From NCBI GenBank assembly GCA_045863335.1, contig BTVY01000002.1, positions 96,462 through 160,461 on the forward strand: 64,000 bases of DNA. The letters are read 5' to 3'. The position numbers and the translations under genes were made by a program. The first letter of the stretch is position 1. Each line of letters opens with the position of its first letter. This DNA is from Candidatus Hydrogenedentota bacterium (GTDB lineage Bacteria > Hydrogenedentota > Hydrogenedentia > Hydrogenedentales > SLHB01). The notes under the pieces are model-generated. The model did not search any database. It saw only the letters and a program-made list of their open reading frames with translations, and was not told where the DNA came from. This document shows, one piece after another, positions 19,706-29,928 of the stretch.

Positions 19706-20938
19706 ATGACTGGCAACGAAACTACACGAGTTGGACGGCGGGAGTTCTTGAAGACGGCGTCGGCGGGGACGGCCGGATTGGTGCTGGCGTCGGCGGGGGC
19801 GGCGCAAGGCACGGGGGCGAATTCGAAGCTGCAGCTCGGCATCATCGGGTGCGGGGGCCGCGGGGCTTGGATCGGCAATCTGTTCCAGCAGAACTCGAAC
19901 ACGAAGGTGGTCGCCTTGCACGACTACTTCGAGGACCAGGTGTTGTCGACCGCGCAACGGCTCGACGTGCAGGCCGAATGCACGTACACGGGCCTCGACG
20001 GGTACAAGGAGCTGGTTGCGCGGGAAGACGTGGACGCAGTGGCGATCATCAGTCCCCCCTACTTCCATCCCGATCAGGTCGTGGCGGCGCTGGCAGCGGG
20101 CAAACACGTATACCTTGCGAAACCCATCGCGGTGGACGTGCCGGGATGTCAGGCGATTGTAGACGCCGCGAACGCCGCCCAAGGCACGCTATCGACGCTG
20201 GTGGATTTCCAGACCCGGAACAACGAGTTCTTCCGCGAGGCGGCGAAGCGGGTTCATGAAGGTCAGATTGGCGAGCCGGTCTGCGGCCAGACCTTCTACC
20301 ACACGGGGCGCTTGAACCTGAAGGCACAGCCGGGCACCGAGGTCGCGCGCGTGCGGAACTGGGTGTTCGACAAGGCGCTGTCGGGGGACATCATCGTGGA
20401 GCAGAACATCCACGTGCTGGACGTGGCGAACTGGTTTCTCGAGGCGCACCCGGTCGAGGCGCAGGGCACGGGCGGGCGGAAAGCGCGGACCGACGTGGGC
20501 GATTGCTGGGACCACTTCATCGTGACCTACCGCTACCCGAACGATGTGCTCATGGACTTCAGCTCGACCCAGTTCAACATCGGGTTCGACGACCTCTGCA
20601 CGCGGGTCTTCGGGAAAGAAGGCACGGTCGAGTCCCACTACGGCGGCGACGTTTTCATCAAGGACCGCAAGGGCGGGTGGCCCGGCGGCGCCACGTCGAT
20701 CATCTACCAGGACGGCGCCATCAACAACATCAAGGATTTCTGTGCGAGCATCGAGACCGGCGAGTATCTGAACAACTCGCAGGAAAGCGCGAACAGCACG
20801 CTGACGAGCATCCTGGGGCGGATGGCCGCGTACGAGGGCCGTCCGGTGACCTGGGATGAGATGATGGAGCGGGCCGAGCGATTGGACGCGAATCTGATCC
20901 TTCCCGAGGACGGGCCGACGACGCCGCGCCAGATTTGA
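19706..20938 (+). CDS. Tat-exported Gfo/Idh/MocA oxidoreductase
   Basis: AGGAGG RBS; GRREFLK; GIIGCGGRG; SPPYFHP; SGDIIVEQNIH. Confidence 0.92.
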   Translation: MTGNETTRVGRREFLKTASAGTAGLVLASAGAAQGTGANSKLQLGIIGCGGRGAWIGNLFQQNSNTKVVALHDYFEDQVLSTAQRLDVQAECTYTGLDGYKELVAREDVDAVAIISPPYFHPDQVVAALAAGKHVYLAKPIAVDVPGCQAIVDAANAAQGTLSTLVDFQTRNNEFFREAAKRVHEGQIGEPVCGQTFYHTGRLNLKAQPGTEVARVRNWVFDKALSGDIIVEQNIHVLDVANWFLEAHPVEAQGTGGRKARTDVGDCWDHFIVTYRYPNDVLMDFSSTQFNIGFDDLCTRVFGKEGTVESHYGGDVFIKDRKGGWPGGATSIIYQDGAINNIKDFCASIETGEYLNNSQESANSTLTSILGRMAAYEGRPVTWDEMMERAERLDANLILPEDGPTTPRQI

Positions 20939-21083
20939 ACGCCGGGAATAAAGGGCTAATCCTGATAGTTAATGTGAGGAATGGCGGCGGTTGGGGCCGT
21001 TGCGATTCAAATCAAAGTTACTCTGGCAGGGCCGTCTATGCGCCCAAATTTCAGGTAGTTGGTACGTCTGGAGGATAGTGAGA

Positions 21084-21602
21084 ATGCCCCCGATTTACGA
21101 TCCGGAAGCTGTGAAGCCCATGTGGGAAGAGTTGGTTGCCGTTGGAATTCGCCCGCTGACCTCACCGGAGCAAGTGGACGAAGTGCTTGCGAACGGCGCC
21201 AAGGGAAGCACCTTGCTGGTGATCAATTCCGTATGCGGGTGCGCGGCAGGCGCGTGCCGGCCGGGGGTGATGCTGTCGCTTCAGAACGAGGTGATTCCCG
21301 ACAATCTGGTAACGGTGTTTGCGGGGGTCGACACGGAGGCCACACAGCGGGCGCGGCAACTCATGCCGGATGTGCCGGCCTCGTCTCCGAACATCGTTCT
21401 GTTCAAAGACGGCAAACCGACGCATGCGTTACAGCGTCACCACATCGAACAGATGACGGCGGTGGACATTGCAAACACGCTGAAGCAGATCTTCGACAAG
21501 GAGTGCTCGCGAAAGGGGCCGTCGGTACCGCCGGAGCAGTTCGAGAAGATCGATCCGGTCCAGCAGTGCGGGTCTTCGATTCCCCTTTACCCCGGCAACT
21601 AA
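21084..21602 (+). CDS. BrxA/BrxB family bacilliredoxin (DUF1094)
   Basis: NSVCGCAAG motif, TVFAGVD.EAT..AR, SSP..LFKDG, RHHIE. Confidence 0.88.
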   Translation: MPPIYDPEAVKPMWEELVAVGIRPLTSPEQVDEVLANGAKGSTLLVINSVCGCAAGACRPGVMLSLQNEVIPDNLVTVFAGVDTEATQRARQLMPDVPASSPNIVLFKDGKPTHALQRHHIEQMTAVDIANTLKQIFDKECSRKGPSVPPEQFEKIDPVQQCGSSIPLYPGN

Positions 21603-21620
21603 GCGAACGAGAGAATTTTC

Positions 21621-21662
21621 AACGGCGCACGAGACGTGGTTTCGTGCGCCGTTCTTATTTTT
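21621..21662 (+). terminator. Intrinsic terminator between convergent genes
   Basis: AACGGCGCACGA/TCGTGCGCCGTT stem followed by T-rich tract. Confidence 0.7.
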
Positions 21663-22494
21663 CGGGGGCGGGGCGTTTGCCGAAGAACCGCTTCCAGATG
21701 ATCGTGAACGAGGGGCCTTCAAAATCGTCGCGCTCGTCGAAGAAGCGGTTGTAGCTCGCGTTGAAAGAAAGTTGGCTGCGCTTGCTGATGGGTACGTCAG
21801 CGCCGATGTTCGCACTGACACTCGGCAAGAGCCATTCGTCGCTTTCCGTGTAGTCGACCAGGTTGTCAAAAGGCTTGAACCCCACCTTCACCTTGGCCTT
21901 GTAGGTGGCGTTGGTCCAGGTCACTCGAGGGCCCACGTTCAGTTTCGTTCCTCGCAACCGATCCATGACCCCGTCGTACTCGCGCAGTGCCGGCATGCCG
22001 AAGGGAAAGTAGTCGGCACCGATACCTCCGTACAACGCGCCGCGCTTGATCTCGAAATCGGTGTGAAGCGGCAGAATGAGGATGCTGGGATCGTCGGCCT
22101 TCGTGCGCACTTTACCCGCCGCGTACCCGGCCTGCGCGAAAACAGCCCATTTCGGAGACATGACGCGGCCCACGCCGATGTACGGGACCCAGAGGAGGCC
22201 GCTATCACGGAGGTCGCCGACGGTCATGACGTCGTCATACGTCGGTGAAAGAAAACCCATGGTGCTGTTGAAATAGCGGTCGATGAGTTGTTCGCTCTCG
22301 ATACCGGGATGGGCGTTCGAGAAGCCCAGCAGAAAGAACCAAGGCGAGTTCTCGCGGACTTTGGATTCGTCGGCGAGAAGTTCTCGCGTCGGCGCCGTAT
22401 CGTCGGGAGGCGGCTGCGGTGGTTCGCCGGCCCAGGCATTCATTGCGATAGCGAGTGCTACGGCAAAGATGCACACCAAGACTCGCAGACGCAC
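21655..22494 (-). CDS. Outer-membrane beta-barrel-like protein
   Basis: Signal peptide (AWA|G), alternating aromatic/hydrophobic strands, terminal FTIIWKRFF. Confidence 0.65.
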   Translation of the reverse strand: MRLRVLVCIFAVALAIAMNAWAGEPPQPPPDDTAPTRELLADESKVRENSPWFFLLGFSNAHPGIESEQLIDRYFNSTMGFLSPTYDDVMTVGDLRDSGLLWVPYIGVGRVMSPKWAVFAQAGYAAGKVRTKADDPSILILPLHTDFEIKRGALYGGIGADYFPFGMPALREYDGVMDRLRGTKLNVGPRVTWTNATYKAKVKVGFKPFDNLVDYTESDEWLLPSVSANIGADVPISKRSQLSFNASYNRFFDERDDFEGPSFTIIWKRFFGKRPAPEK

Positions 22495-22680
22495 GAACCA
22501 AGATGTCCCTTCCGACAGAGATCCACCCTCCCTCAGTACATCGTGAATCGCGCTATTGACCGATGAAACCCTACCGCCGCGACCAGTTTACCGATCACCA
22601 CAGAGCGATCCAACCTGGAAGCGGGCGGTACGGGCAGGGTAAGGTCAAGGTCCATAGTCGACCTAATGAAGGGATCTCGT

Positions 22681-23079
22681 ATGAGTAAGCAGGTGACGTA
22701 TGTCCGTTTGGGGGCGGTGTTGGGCGGGCTCGCGGTGGCGGTGGGGGCATTCGGCGCGCATGGGCTGAAGGCTCGTGTGAGCGCCGAGTTGTTGGAAATC
22801 TTCGAGGTGGGGGTTCGGTACCACATGTATCACGCGCTCGCAATCCTGGCGTTAGGGGTGGCGGCTCCGGCTTTGTGGAATTCCAAGTGGGCGCGACTCG
22901 CGTGTCTGGGGTGGACTTTTGGGATCGTGGTGTTTTCGGGAAGTCTGTACCTTCTGACGTTGACGGGGTTGCGCTGGCTTGGGGCGATCACGCCCATCGG
23001 CGGCGTGGCCTTGATCGCGGGTTGGGCTATGGCGGCGATTGCCGCGGGCGGGCTTGCGCGGGGGAATGCGGAAGGATGA
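22681..23079 (+). CDS. DUF423 membrane protein
   Basis: GAFGAHGL, YHMYHA, FSGSLY, GAITPIGG. Confidence 0.92.
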   Translation: MSKQVTYVRLGAVLGGLAVAVGAFGAHGLKARVSAELLEIFEVGVRYHMYHALAILALGVAAPALWNSKWARLACLGWTFGIVVFSGSLYLLTLTGLRWLGAITPIGGVALIAGWAMAAIAAGGLARGNAEG

Positions 23080-23098
23080 GGCAGGGACAGCGAGACTC

Positions 23099-23133
23099 TA
23101 TGGACTATATGGACCGTATGGACTATATGGACT
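23099..23133. repeat. 9-bp tandem repeat (TATGGACNN x4)
   Basis: tatggacta tatggaccg tatggacta tatggact. Confidence 0.75.
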
Positions 23134-23577
23134 CGAACAAGGCGTTCACGAAGCGCTTCGTTGCCGCGTAGACCGACGGCGCTTTGCTGGATCTTGGTCC
23201 GGCGATGTTGATCACGGCGATTCGATATTGGCGAAGCCAGGCAGAGATGGCTCCAGAATCCACGGGGTCTTGCAGGTTTACGACGAGATGCGGCTTGCCG
23301 AGTTCCTGGGCGCATTCATTTGTAAACGCCGTGCCGTTGGCGGGCGGGCCCCAGGTCAATATCAAGGTTCCATCCGAGTCGCGGACATTCCAGCGGGTTC
23401 GTTCGGCGTAATCCGACGAAGGGGTTTCGATGAGGGGTATTTCGGATCGATGGGTCCATCTTCGGCGAGGCGTCCGGAGGGACACCAACCGCCGCAGGGG
23501 ATTCCACGTTCCAAGGCGACATCGAGGGCAGCGCGGTCGACGCCCGTCTGACCGCCGGAGATAATCCGATCAATCAT
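23123..23577 (-). pseudogene. Putative molybdenum-carrier-like SLOG protein, frameshifted
   Basis: [15 protein letters not shown]...GGWCP in one frame, [13 protein letters not shown]...NIAGPRSSK in another; one C missing in the run at 23434-23437. Confidence 0.85.
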
Positions 23578-26500
23578 TCGCCGTGAACGGGCTTGACGAA
23601 GCAATCGGTGAAATAAGGCAACTTGCTCAGAGCCTGTTGAACGGCCAGCGCAGATTCATGGTCGGGAAATCCGCCAACACAGGCGCGAATGATGGTACCG
23701 TCCTTCGCGGGCACGAGCGCAAGGTCATACCCCGTGGTCTTTTCGATCTCCGCCTCGTACGCTTGTGCAACGCGCTCGTTCGAGGCGGCGAACGACGAGA
23801 CTTGAATGGTGAAGGTGGTGTCATTAGTGAAAATCCCCACCGTTTCGGGTGGGGGCAAGTCGGTTGTCATAGGCGCCGCCAGTATCGCGTCGGGCATCTC
23901 CGGAGGGCCGGGCGCGTTTACGACCGTCGCCTCCTGTTCCACAGGCGGGGATTGCGCCGCAGCTTCGGCCGGAGGCGGCGCGGCCGGGGGCGCTTCAATC
24001 GGCGCACTTTCGGGCTCCGGCGACGCGGCAGGTTCCGGCGTTTCTTCCACACGCTCGGCCGGGGCTTCAGGGACTACCGGCTGCGTGACAGCGGCCTCCA
24101 ATGAAGTTTGGTCTTTTGTTCCAGATTCTTCTTCCGCCATTGGTTCCACTACCTCCGGCGGGTCCAAAGTCTGCGGAACGGCTTCTGGTACTGGCAGGAT
24201 GGGTACAGGCGTATCGGCCGGCGCAGGCTCCACTGCCTCCGGCGCGACGACTACTGGTTCGGACGGGACCAGCGGCGGTACATTGGCTTCGAAACTCGGC
24301 ACGAAGGGCAGTCGTGAATCATCCGCGACCACTTTCAAACCTGCGGCTTCCGCCGAGGCGCGTATGCTTGCCGCGACAGAAGGCGGCGCACCGGGATGCG
24401 TGCGGAGGATGATCTTCGGTTTGACTGTAGAATTACGCAGTTCTTCAAAAGCGCGGTTCAGGTCATCGACCGTGACCAGCTCTCCGTCGGAGTAAATATC
24501 ACCCGCCTGCCCAATCGCCACACTACGCTCGTTCTTTCCTTGAGCCAGCCGGTCGGCCGTGCGGCCCCAGATGTCCTTTGCGGAATGGCGCATGGTGTTG
24601 GTGGCGTCTTCGTCGAATTTCGCCAAACGTTCCGCTTCCGGTTGCGTGGTCTCGTCCACGATGGTAGGCGTGATGAACACGGCCAGTTCGCGATCCGTGT
24701 GTTCTTTGCTGGTCGTGCGGAAGAGGCGCCCAATGAATGGGAGATCGCCCAATAGCGGAACCTTCTCCAGATCATCCTGAAGACTCAGGGAGCGCAATCC
24801 GCCGATCACGATGGTCTGCCCGTCGTTGACCAGTATCTGGGTCTCTGCCTTGTTCTGAGTCTTCTGCGGAATGGTGCTTGCCAGGTCCGCGGAGATGATG
24901 GTCTTGTCCTCCGCCGTGCTGTCTTCCGCTTCGATATCCATGAGGATGTTGTTGTCCGCGCTGATACGCGGCAGCACGCGAAGTATGGTACCTACGGTAA
25001 TGAATTGTACGGACCCTGGAAGCACGCGGCTGTTGATGGAATCCTGGGGCGAATCCGGATTGATGGCACCGCCGTAGTTCGAGAATCCGATGCTTTGGAA
25101 CGGCCGGTCGGTGGTGTTTTCGAAGACGGCCTCCTCCCCATCCTGCACGGTTACGCGCGGGCGTGACAGGATAGACAACTCTCCGGTGTTGTCGAGGTAG
25201 TCGAGAACGACGGCCACGCGGTTACCCTTAAACTCGGGATCGAGAATGAAGTCGCCCGTGGCGTTGCCGGCTTCGCCACCGTTGTCGTTGCTCAATTGTT
25301 CGATGCGGGAACCCGTAATTGGATCGCGGAGATAGGCGCGATAGGGCCGCCGGCCGGCGGTCGCGCGCTGGCCACCTTCCGGACCGCTAGTGTAATCGGG
25401 TTGCACGTTTCCGCTTTGAATCGCGAAGGGCACGCCGCTGATCTCGTCGAAATAGGCCCAGTTGATGGAGAGATCGCGCATGACCGTAGTACTTGCCGAG
25501 ACCAGGTAGGCCTCGATTTGGACTTGACGCCCCTTGATATCCCAGGACTTGATGATGGCGTCGATCTCTTCGATACGGCTCGGGATCGCGGTGACGCTGA
25601 CCTGATACGTCTCCTCGTCGACCGTGATGGTTCCGAGCTCTTCGGGAAGGATGTTTTCGAGGCGCTCCACCAAGACTTCGGGATCGGCGTAATTAAGCGT
25701 CCAGGTGCGCGTTTCGAGTTTTTGATCCAGGGCTTCGAGCATGGTGCCAATCTGCTGCTGACGCGCGGGCAAGTCGGTAACGACGATGGCGTTGGTGCGC
25801 GGATCGGCCTGGGCGATGCCGCGTTCCGAGAGGAGGCTCTCGATGGTATCCAGCAGATCCTCGGCGGACAGGTAGTTGAGCGGAAACACTGCCGGTTCGA
25901 GCGGCACGTCGAGCTGATCGACGGCGGCTTCCATGGCGTCGATGTTGGCCTGGGTATCCCACACGAGGATGAGTCCCGTACGAGGATCGCTGATCAACTT
26001 GCCTGTCTGCGACATGAGGGCCATCAAGATCGTTTCCATGTCGACGACATCGGCGTGCTCCACATGAAATTCAGCGTGTGCCTGCGCGCCATACTCGCGT
26101 TCCAGGTACTCGCCGTCGAGCATGACGTACAGCAGGTTGGCCGCGGGATCGAATTCGTAGTAGACCCCTTTGAAACGCAGGGCCTCCATGACCTGCTTGG
26201 GCGTCACATTCGTGAGCCAGAGCCGAATCTTCTCTTCTTCGACTCCTTGCGAGGCGATGATGTTCCAGCCCGCGGACACGGAGACTTGATCGAGAATCTC
26301 AATGACCGGTTTTGGCGCTTGCGACGCAACCACGGACATGGGATCCCCCACTTCGGGCAGGTCGCTGGTAATCACCTGATGCTGGAGTATGGGCTCGAAA
26401 GCCTGCTGTCCCGCGACATTGACCTGCCGTCTCGCGGAGGAGCGGATGGTCTGGACGCCTTGAACCCCAGGAACCTGCGGGGGCGGTTGCGCGCTTCCCG

Positions 26501-26684
26501 TCACAACGGGCCCGACATCGACCGCGCCCGGAACACTGGGAGGGGGTTGGAGAATGATCCCCTGCACGCCGGTGGCGACGTCCGGGGTTTGTGTTGGGCT
26601 CGTCGGGGTCTGTTGGGCGATTGCGACGGACGATAGGGTCAGCACCGCAACCAGCACCGCCGTATGGAGGGAAAATCGAATCAT
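23574..26684 (-). CDS. gspD: Type II secretion secretin with C-terminal ExbD-like domain, Pro/Ala/Glu linker and SPOR domain
   Basis: Signal peptide, repeated N-domains, [37 protein letters not shown]; C-terminal FTIQVSSF...[10 protein letters not shown]. Confidence 0.9.
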   Translation of the reverse strand: MIRFSLHTAVLVAVLTLSSVAIAQQTPTSPTQTPDVATGVQGIILQPPPSVPGAVDVGPVVTGSAQPPPQVPGVQGVQTIRSSARRQVNVAGQQAFEPILQHQVITSDLPEVGDPMSVVASQAPKPVIEILDQVSVSAGWNIIASQGVEEEKIRLWLTNVTPKQVMEALRFKGVYYEFDPAANLLYVMLDGEYLEREYGAQAHAEFHVEHADVVDMETILMALMSQTGKLISDPRTGLILVWDTQANIDAMEAAVDQLDVPLEPAVFPLNYLSAEDLLDTIESLLSERGIAQADPRTNAIVVTDLPARQQQIGTMLEALDQKLETRTWTLNYADPEVLVERLENILPEELGTITVDEETYQVSVTAIPSRIEEIDAIIKSWDIKGRQVQIEAYLVSASTTVMRDLSINWAYFDEISGVPFAIQSGNVQPDYTSGPEGGQRATAGRRPYRAYLRDPITGSRIEQLSNDNGGEAGNATGDFILDPEFKGNRVAVVLDYLDNTGELSILSRPRVTVQDGEEAVFENTTDRPFQSIGFSNYGGAINPDSPQDSINSRVLPGSVQFITVGTILRVLPRISADNNILMDIEAEDSTAEDKTIISADLASTIPQKTQNKAETQILVNDGQTIVIGGLRSLSLQDDLEKVPLLGDLPFIGRLFRTTSKEHTDRELAVFITPTIVDETTQPEAERLAKFDEDATNTMRHSAKDIWGRTADRLAQGKNERSVAIGQAGDIYSDGELVTVDDLNRAFEELRNSTVKPKIILRTHPGAPPSVAASIRASAEAAGLKVVADDSRLPFVPSFEANVPPLVPSEPVVVAPEAVEPAPADTPVPILPVPEAVPQTLDPPEVVEPMAEEESGTKDQTSLEAAVTQPVVPEAPAERVEETPEPAASPEPESAPIEAPPAAPPPAEAAAQSPPVEQEATVVNAPGPPEMPDAILAAPMTTDLPPPETVGIFTNDTTFTIQVSSFAASNERVAQAYEAEIEKTTGYDLALVPAKDGTIIRACVGGFPDHESALAVQQALSKLPYFTDCFVKPVHGE

Positions 26685-26870
26685 TCTTCCGCTGCGCCAA
26701 TCCTTCTGCGGCAAGCCCCGGTAGCTCGATATGGAACCTCAACCGCGTTGAAGCGGTCACCGAGGCAGTATACCGCAATTTTCAAGAAAATAATAGCTTG
26801 TGTCAACATTAGAAACCGCAATGGGTTTCCGCGTTGGGCCGATTGCCCTAAGACATTCCCCAAGAATATC

Positions 26871-27347
26871 TTAACGCCTCGGCAAGGCGATCCCGTACTC
26901 CTGACCGCTTTGCGTCACTGTAAAGAGAACAGTCGTGCCGGTGATCTCTTTGATTACGCAGCCTTTGATCTGATCGCCGACCGCGTACCAGTTGGGTTGT
27001 CCGTCAACGCTAATCTGCACTTTCTGGGAAGCGCCGGATCCGATTCCACTGCGCGTTGGGACAACGCCATTCAGCTGCTGGGCCAGATTGGGCGGCGGCG
27101 CGGCTTGCGCCTGGGGTTTGTATAGCGGCTCCCACAACTTCGGCTGCGCGGCGATGGCCATTTGCCACCGGTCAAACTCGGGGTTCTCCGCGTCGCCGAA
27201 CTGAATCTCCGGTACGATCATTTGCTCGAGTTGATACTGAAAGTTCTGGCGCTTGTCCTTGACCGGGCTGTTGATAATGCCTAACACGATCAGTATCGCG
27301 ACTCCTGCGAACACGCCGCCGCCGAGTATGCCTGCGTAACGATTCAT
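26871..27347 (-). CDS. GspC/PilP-like T2SS assembly protein
   Basis: N-terminal TM; C-terminal VGDQIKGCVIKEI HR-like domain; operon position. Confidence 0.55.
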   Translation of the reverse strand: MNRYAGILGGGVFAGVAILIVLGIINSPVKDKRQNFQYQLEQMIVPEIQFGDAENPEFDRWQMAIAAQPKLWEPLYKPQAQAAPPPNLAQQLNGVVPTRSGIGSGASQKVQISVDGQPNWYAVGDQIKGCVIKEITGTTVLFTVTQSGQEYGIALPRR

Positions 27348-28444
27348 GGTCCGGCTTCGACCTCCGAAAGTACGACGTTGTCGAGCAGCACGACCGCGTC
27401 CGCTCCCTCAAGAACGACATGAGGCACGCGAAGGGTGACGGTCTCTCCGGTGTTTCCAGGCACTTGAAACCGGAACGTGTAGCGGTGTGGCGCGCCATCG
27501 GCGGTTAGCGGTTGCGGGTTCGCGAAGGATAGCCCGGTCGATTCGTTCAGGATCTCCACGCGAGCCTGTCCCCACGCATAGGCATCGAGCGCAAGTTCAT
27601 ACGTGGTCCCCGCGATCATTTGGAGGGACTGATAGAAGCCAGCCGGGGCGGCAACAGCCTGGAGCCTTGCACAAACGTCGCCTTCGGTCGCTTGCGCGCC
27701 ATGTTGGGTCACTTGACACTGTTCCGCCGACCATTCTGGAAACGAACCCGATGCCGGGTCCCACTCCTCGAATCCGGCGTTCGCCATCAGAACAATCGAA
27801 GACAACGGCGCAGGTTGTTCGGATGGCTCCTCGCCGGTGCCCGGGCTGGCGACATCGTCGATGATGGTGCGCGTGACCCGCATGTTCGCAGTGGCCACAG
27901 CGGCGAGGGGTTGACGAACGATTTCCAGCGTGTCAATACGGAGGGCCTGATCGCTCCGTTGCAGTCGCTCGATGAAGAGCGTGATGTTCTGGATCGGGGC
28001 CGGTTCCGTTTTGAAATTAATCTGATAGCTGCGGTAGCCGTCTTCGTGATCCACGAGGCTGCCCAGCGGCATCTGCGGAATGCTAACCAGCACGTCATTC
28101 GGGTTTGCGGCGGCAGGCATGGGACTTCCCGGCGCAGGGACATTGCGCAAAGACAATCTCGTGATCTCGCGACGAAGGCGGTCGTGAATTTCCTCTTGCG
28201 TCCATTGGCTGGAGTGCTGGGAGGCCATCGCGTCAAAGGCCCGGTTGACGGGACCCGCCTGTGCGACGAGTTCCTCGTAGGACGCCAACTGCAATTGAAG
28301 ACTGTCGATGGTCGCATCCATGAGGGCGAGGCGGTCGGTGGCAGCGCGGTAGCCCAGCATCGCCAAGGCCGCCCCGATGCAGAGTCCCGTGAGTACGAGA
28401 AGGCGTCGTTCCGACGCGGACAGGGTGTGGAATCTCCGCATCAT
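27344..28444 (-). CDS. GspM/PilO-like protein fused to a CBM4/9-like domain
   Basis: LSASERRLL+TM, coiled coil, ferredoxin-like segment; C-terminal NAGFEEW...GTTYEL...LLDNV. Confidence 0.65.
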   Translation of the reverse strand: MMRRFHTLSASERRLLVLTGLCIGAALAMLGYRAATDRLALMDATIDSLQLQLASYEELVAQAGPVNRAFDAMASQHSSQWTQEEIHDRLRREITRLSLRNVPAPGSPMPAAANPNDVLVSIPQMPLGSLVDHEDGYRSYQINFKTEPAPIQNITLFIERLQRSDQALRIDTLEIVRQPLAAVATANMRVTRTIIDDVASPGTGEEPSEQPAPLSSIVLMANAGFEEWDPASGSFPEWSAEQCQVTQHGAQATEGDVCARLQAVAAPAGFYQSLQMIAGTTYELALDAYAWGQARVEILNESTGLSFANPQPLTADGAPHRYTFRFQVPGNTGETVTLRVPHVVLEGADAVVLLDNVVLSEVEAGP

Positions 28445-29928
28445 TCTGAATCGGCCTCCGGTTCGCCTTCCGTCTCGGATGTCGCAAAGGGAATGTTGAT
28501 CTCGTATTGGATCACGGCCTGGCCTTGTTCTTGATCTTCGCGGTACGGCCCGAGACCGGCGCGGGCAAACTGCGGGATATCCTCGCGTCCGGCTTCGCGC
28601 AGGGCGTCCGCCAGCGCGTAGACGAGCGTGAGCGTTTCCGAGCGGCCGGCGAGCGTGATCTCTTCCCCGTGGGAGAAGGAATAGCGGGTAATGTTCAATC
28701 CGGAGGCCGGCGTGAGTTCGCTGATCTTTGCGAGTAGCTCCAAGGCGCTGCCACGGCGGTCGAGGTGCTGTTGGAGGCGGATCAATTGACGTCGCTTGGC
28801 CTCAACGCTGAGCGCAGTCGGTTCAATCTCCGTGATGCGGTTTTGGAGTTCGGCGATGTAGCGGGAGCGTTGGAACGCGGCCTGGCCATAAAGCGCGAGC
28901 AGCGCGATCAGGATTGCGAGCACGAATCCGCCGACCTTGGCGAATTTTCGGCGCGTTTCGCCGCGGCGGCGTGCCTGTTCCAGCGATGCCGGTACAAGAC
29001 TAATGGATACGGGAGCGCGATTCTGCGCGGCAAGGGCAGCGCCGAGCGATGCCAAAGGAAGCGTTGCCACGCGATCCGCACCCTGCGTACAAAGGCTCCG
29101 GGCGAACTGGGCGGGCTGGCACTCATATCCGAGCGTGTCGGAGAGTGCCGAAGCAATTTGTGCGGTGTCCACCCATTCCGACGACAAGTAAACGCGTTCC
29201 GCGCCGATCCCGTCTTCGGAATCGCGGCGGTGGGCGGAAACCGTTGCGCGGACTTCCGAGGCGAGTTCTTCTACCGCTTCCGATCCCACAGCGGTCGCGG
29301 CGGACCAGTCCTGCAGCGTGGCGACGGCCCGCCCGTACTCAAGCCGGTTGCCGTTGAAGACCAGCACCTCGACACCGCCGGATGCGAGGTTCGCGAGGGC
29401 GAACTTCTCCCCTTCTTTGCCGTGAGCGAGGATGGCGCTGGTCGCGATGCAGGCCGTGCTCACGGAGATCTGTTCGGGCTCAACCCCCGCCGCACGGAGA
29501 ATGGCGACGTGGAATTCGACGACATCGCGATGGGCGAAGACGGCCAGCACACGAGACTGGCCGTCGGGTAAACGCTGGAGCAGGCATTGGTCCATGACCA
29601 GTTCATGCTCGGGATAGGGCACGTAATCCTCGACCCCGAGGCGGACCATGCCGTCAAGTTCTTGTTCGTCGTGGGACGGCAGAAGGAGAATGCGCGCGGT
29701 CATGTCGTGACGCGGCATAACCGTGTGGACGCGATCCGCGGCAATGCTGCGGGTCTTGACGAACTCTTCGACAGCCAATTCGAGGCTGCCATCCTGGGCA
29801 GACCAGACGCCGAGTTTAGTTTCCCAAGAGAGGACCTCGATCCCCTTGGGAGAAGGCTTGACGCGCAGCCAGGCGATGAGGTGCTCGTCAAACTGCAAGA
29901 TACTGATATTTCCAGTTTTACGAGCCAA
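28441..29928 (-). CDS. GspL-like (PilM-PilN fusion) protein
   Basis: Actin-like cytoplasmic domain, ISLVP, TM, coiled coil and PilN-like periplasmic domain. Confidence 0.75.
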   Translation of the reverse strand: MARKTGNISILQFDEHLIAWLRVKPSPKGIEVLSWETKLGVWSAQDGSLELAVEEFVKTRSIAADRVHTVMPRHDMTARILLLPSHDEQELDGMVRLGVEDYVPYPEHELVMDQCLLQRLPDGQSRVLAVFAHRDVVEFHVAILRAAGVEPEQISVSTACIATSAILAHGKEGEKFALANLASGGVEVLVFNGNRLEYGRAVATLQDWSAATAVGSEAVEELASEVRATVSAHRRDSEDGIGAERVYLSSEWVDTAQIASALSDTLGYECQPAQFARSLCTQGADRVATLPLASLGAALAAQNRAPVSISLVPASLEQARRRGETRRKFAKVGGFVLAILIALLALYGQAAFQRSRYIAELQNRITEIEPTALSVEAKRRQLIRLQQHLDRRGSALELLAKISELTPASGLNITRYSFSHGEEITLAGRSETLTLVYALADALREAGREDIPQFARAGLGPYREDQEQGQAVIQYEINIPFATSETEGEPEADSE

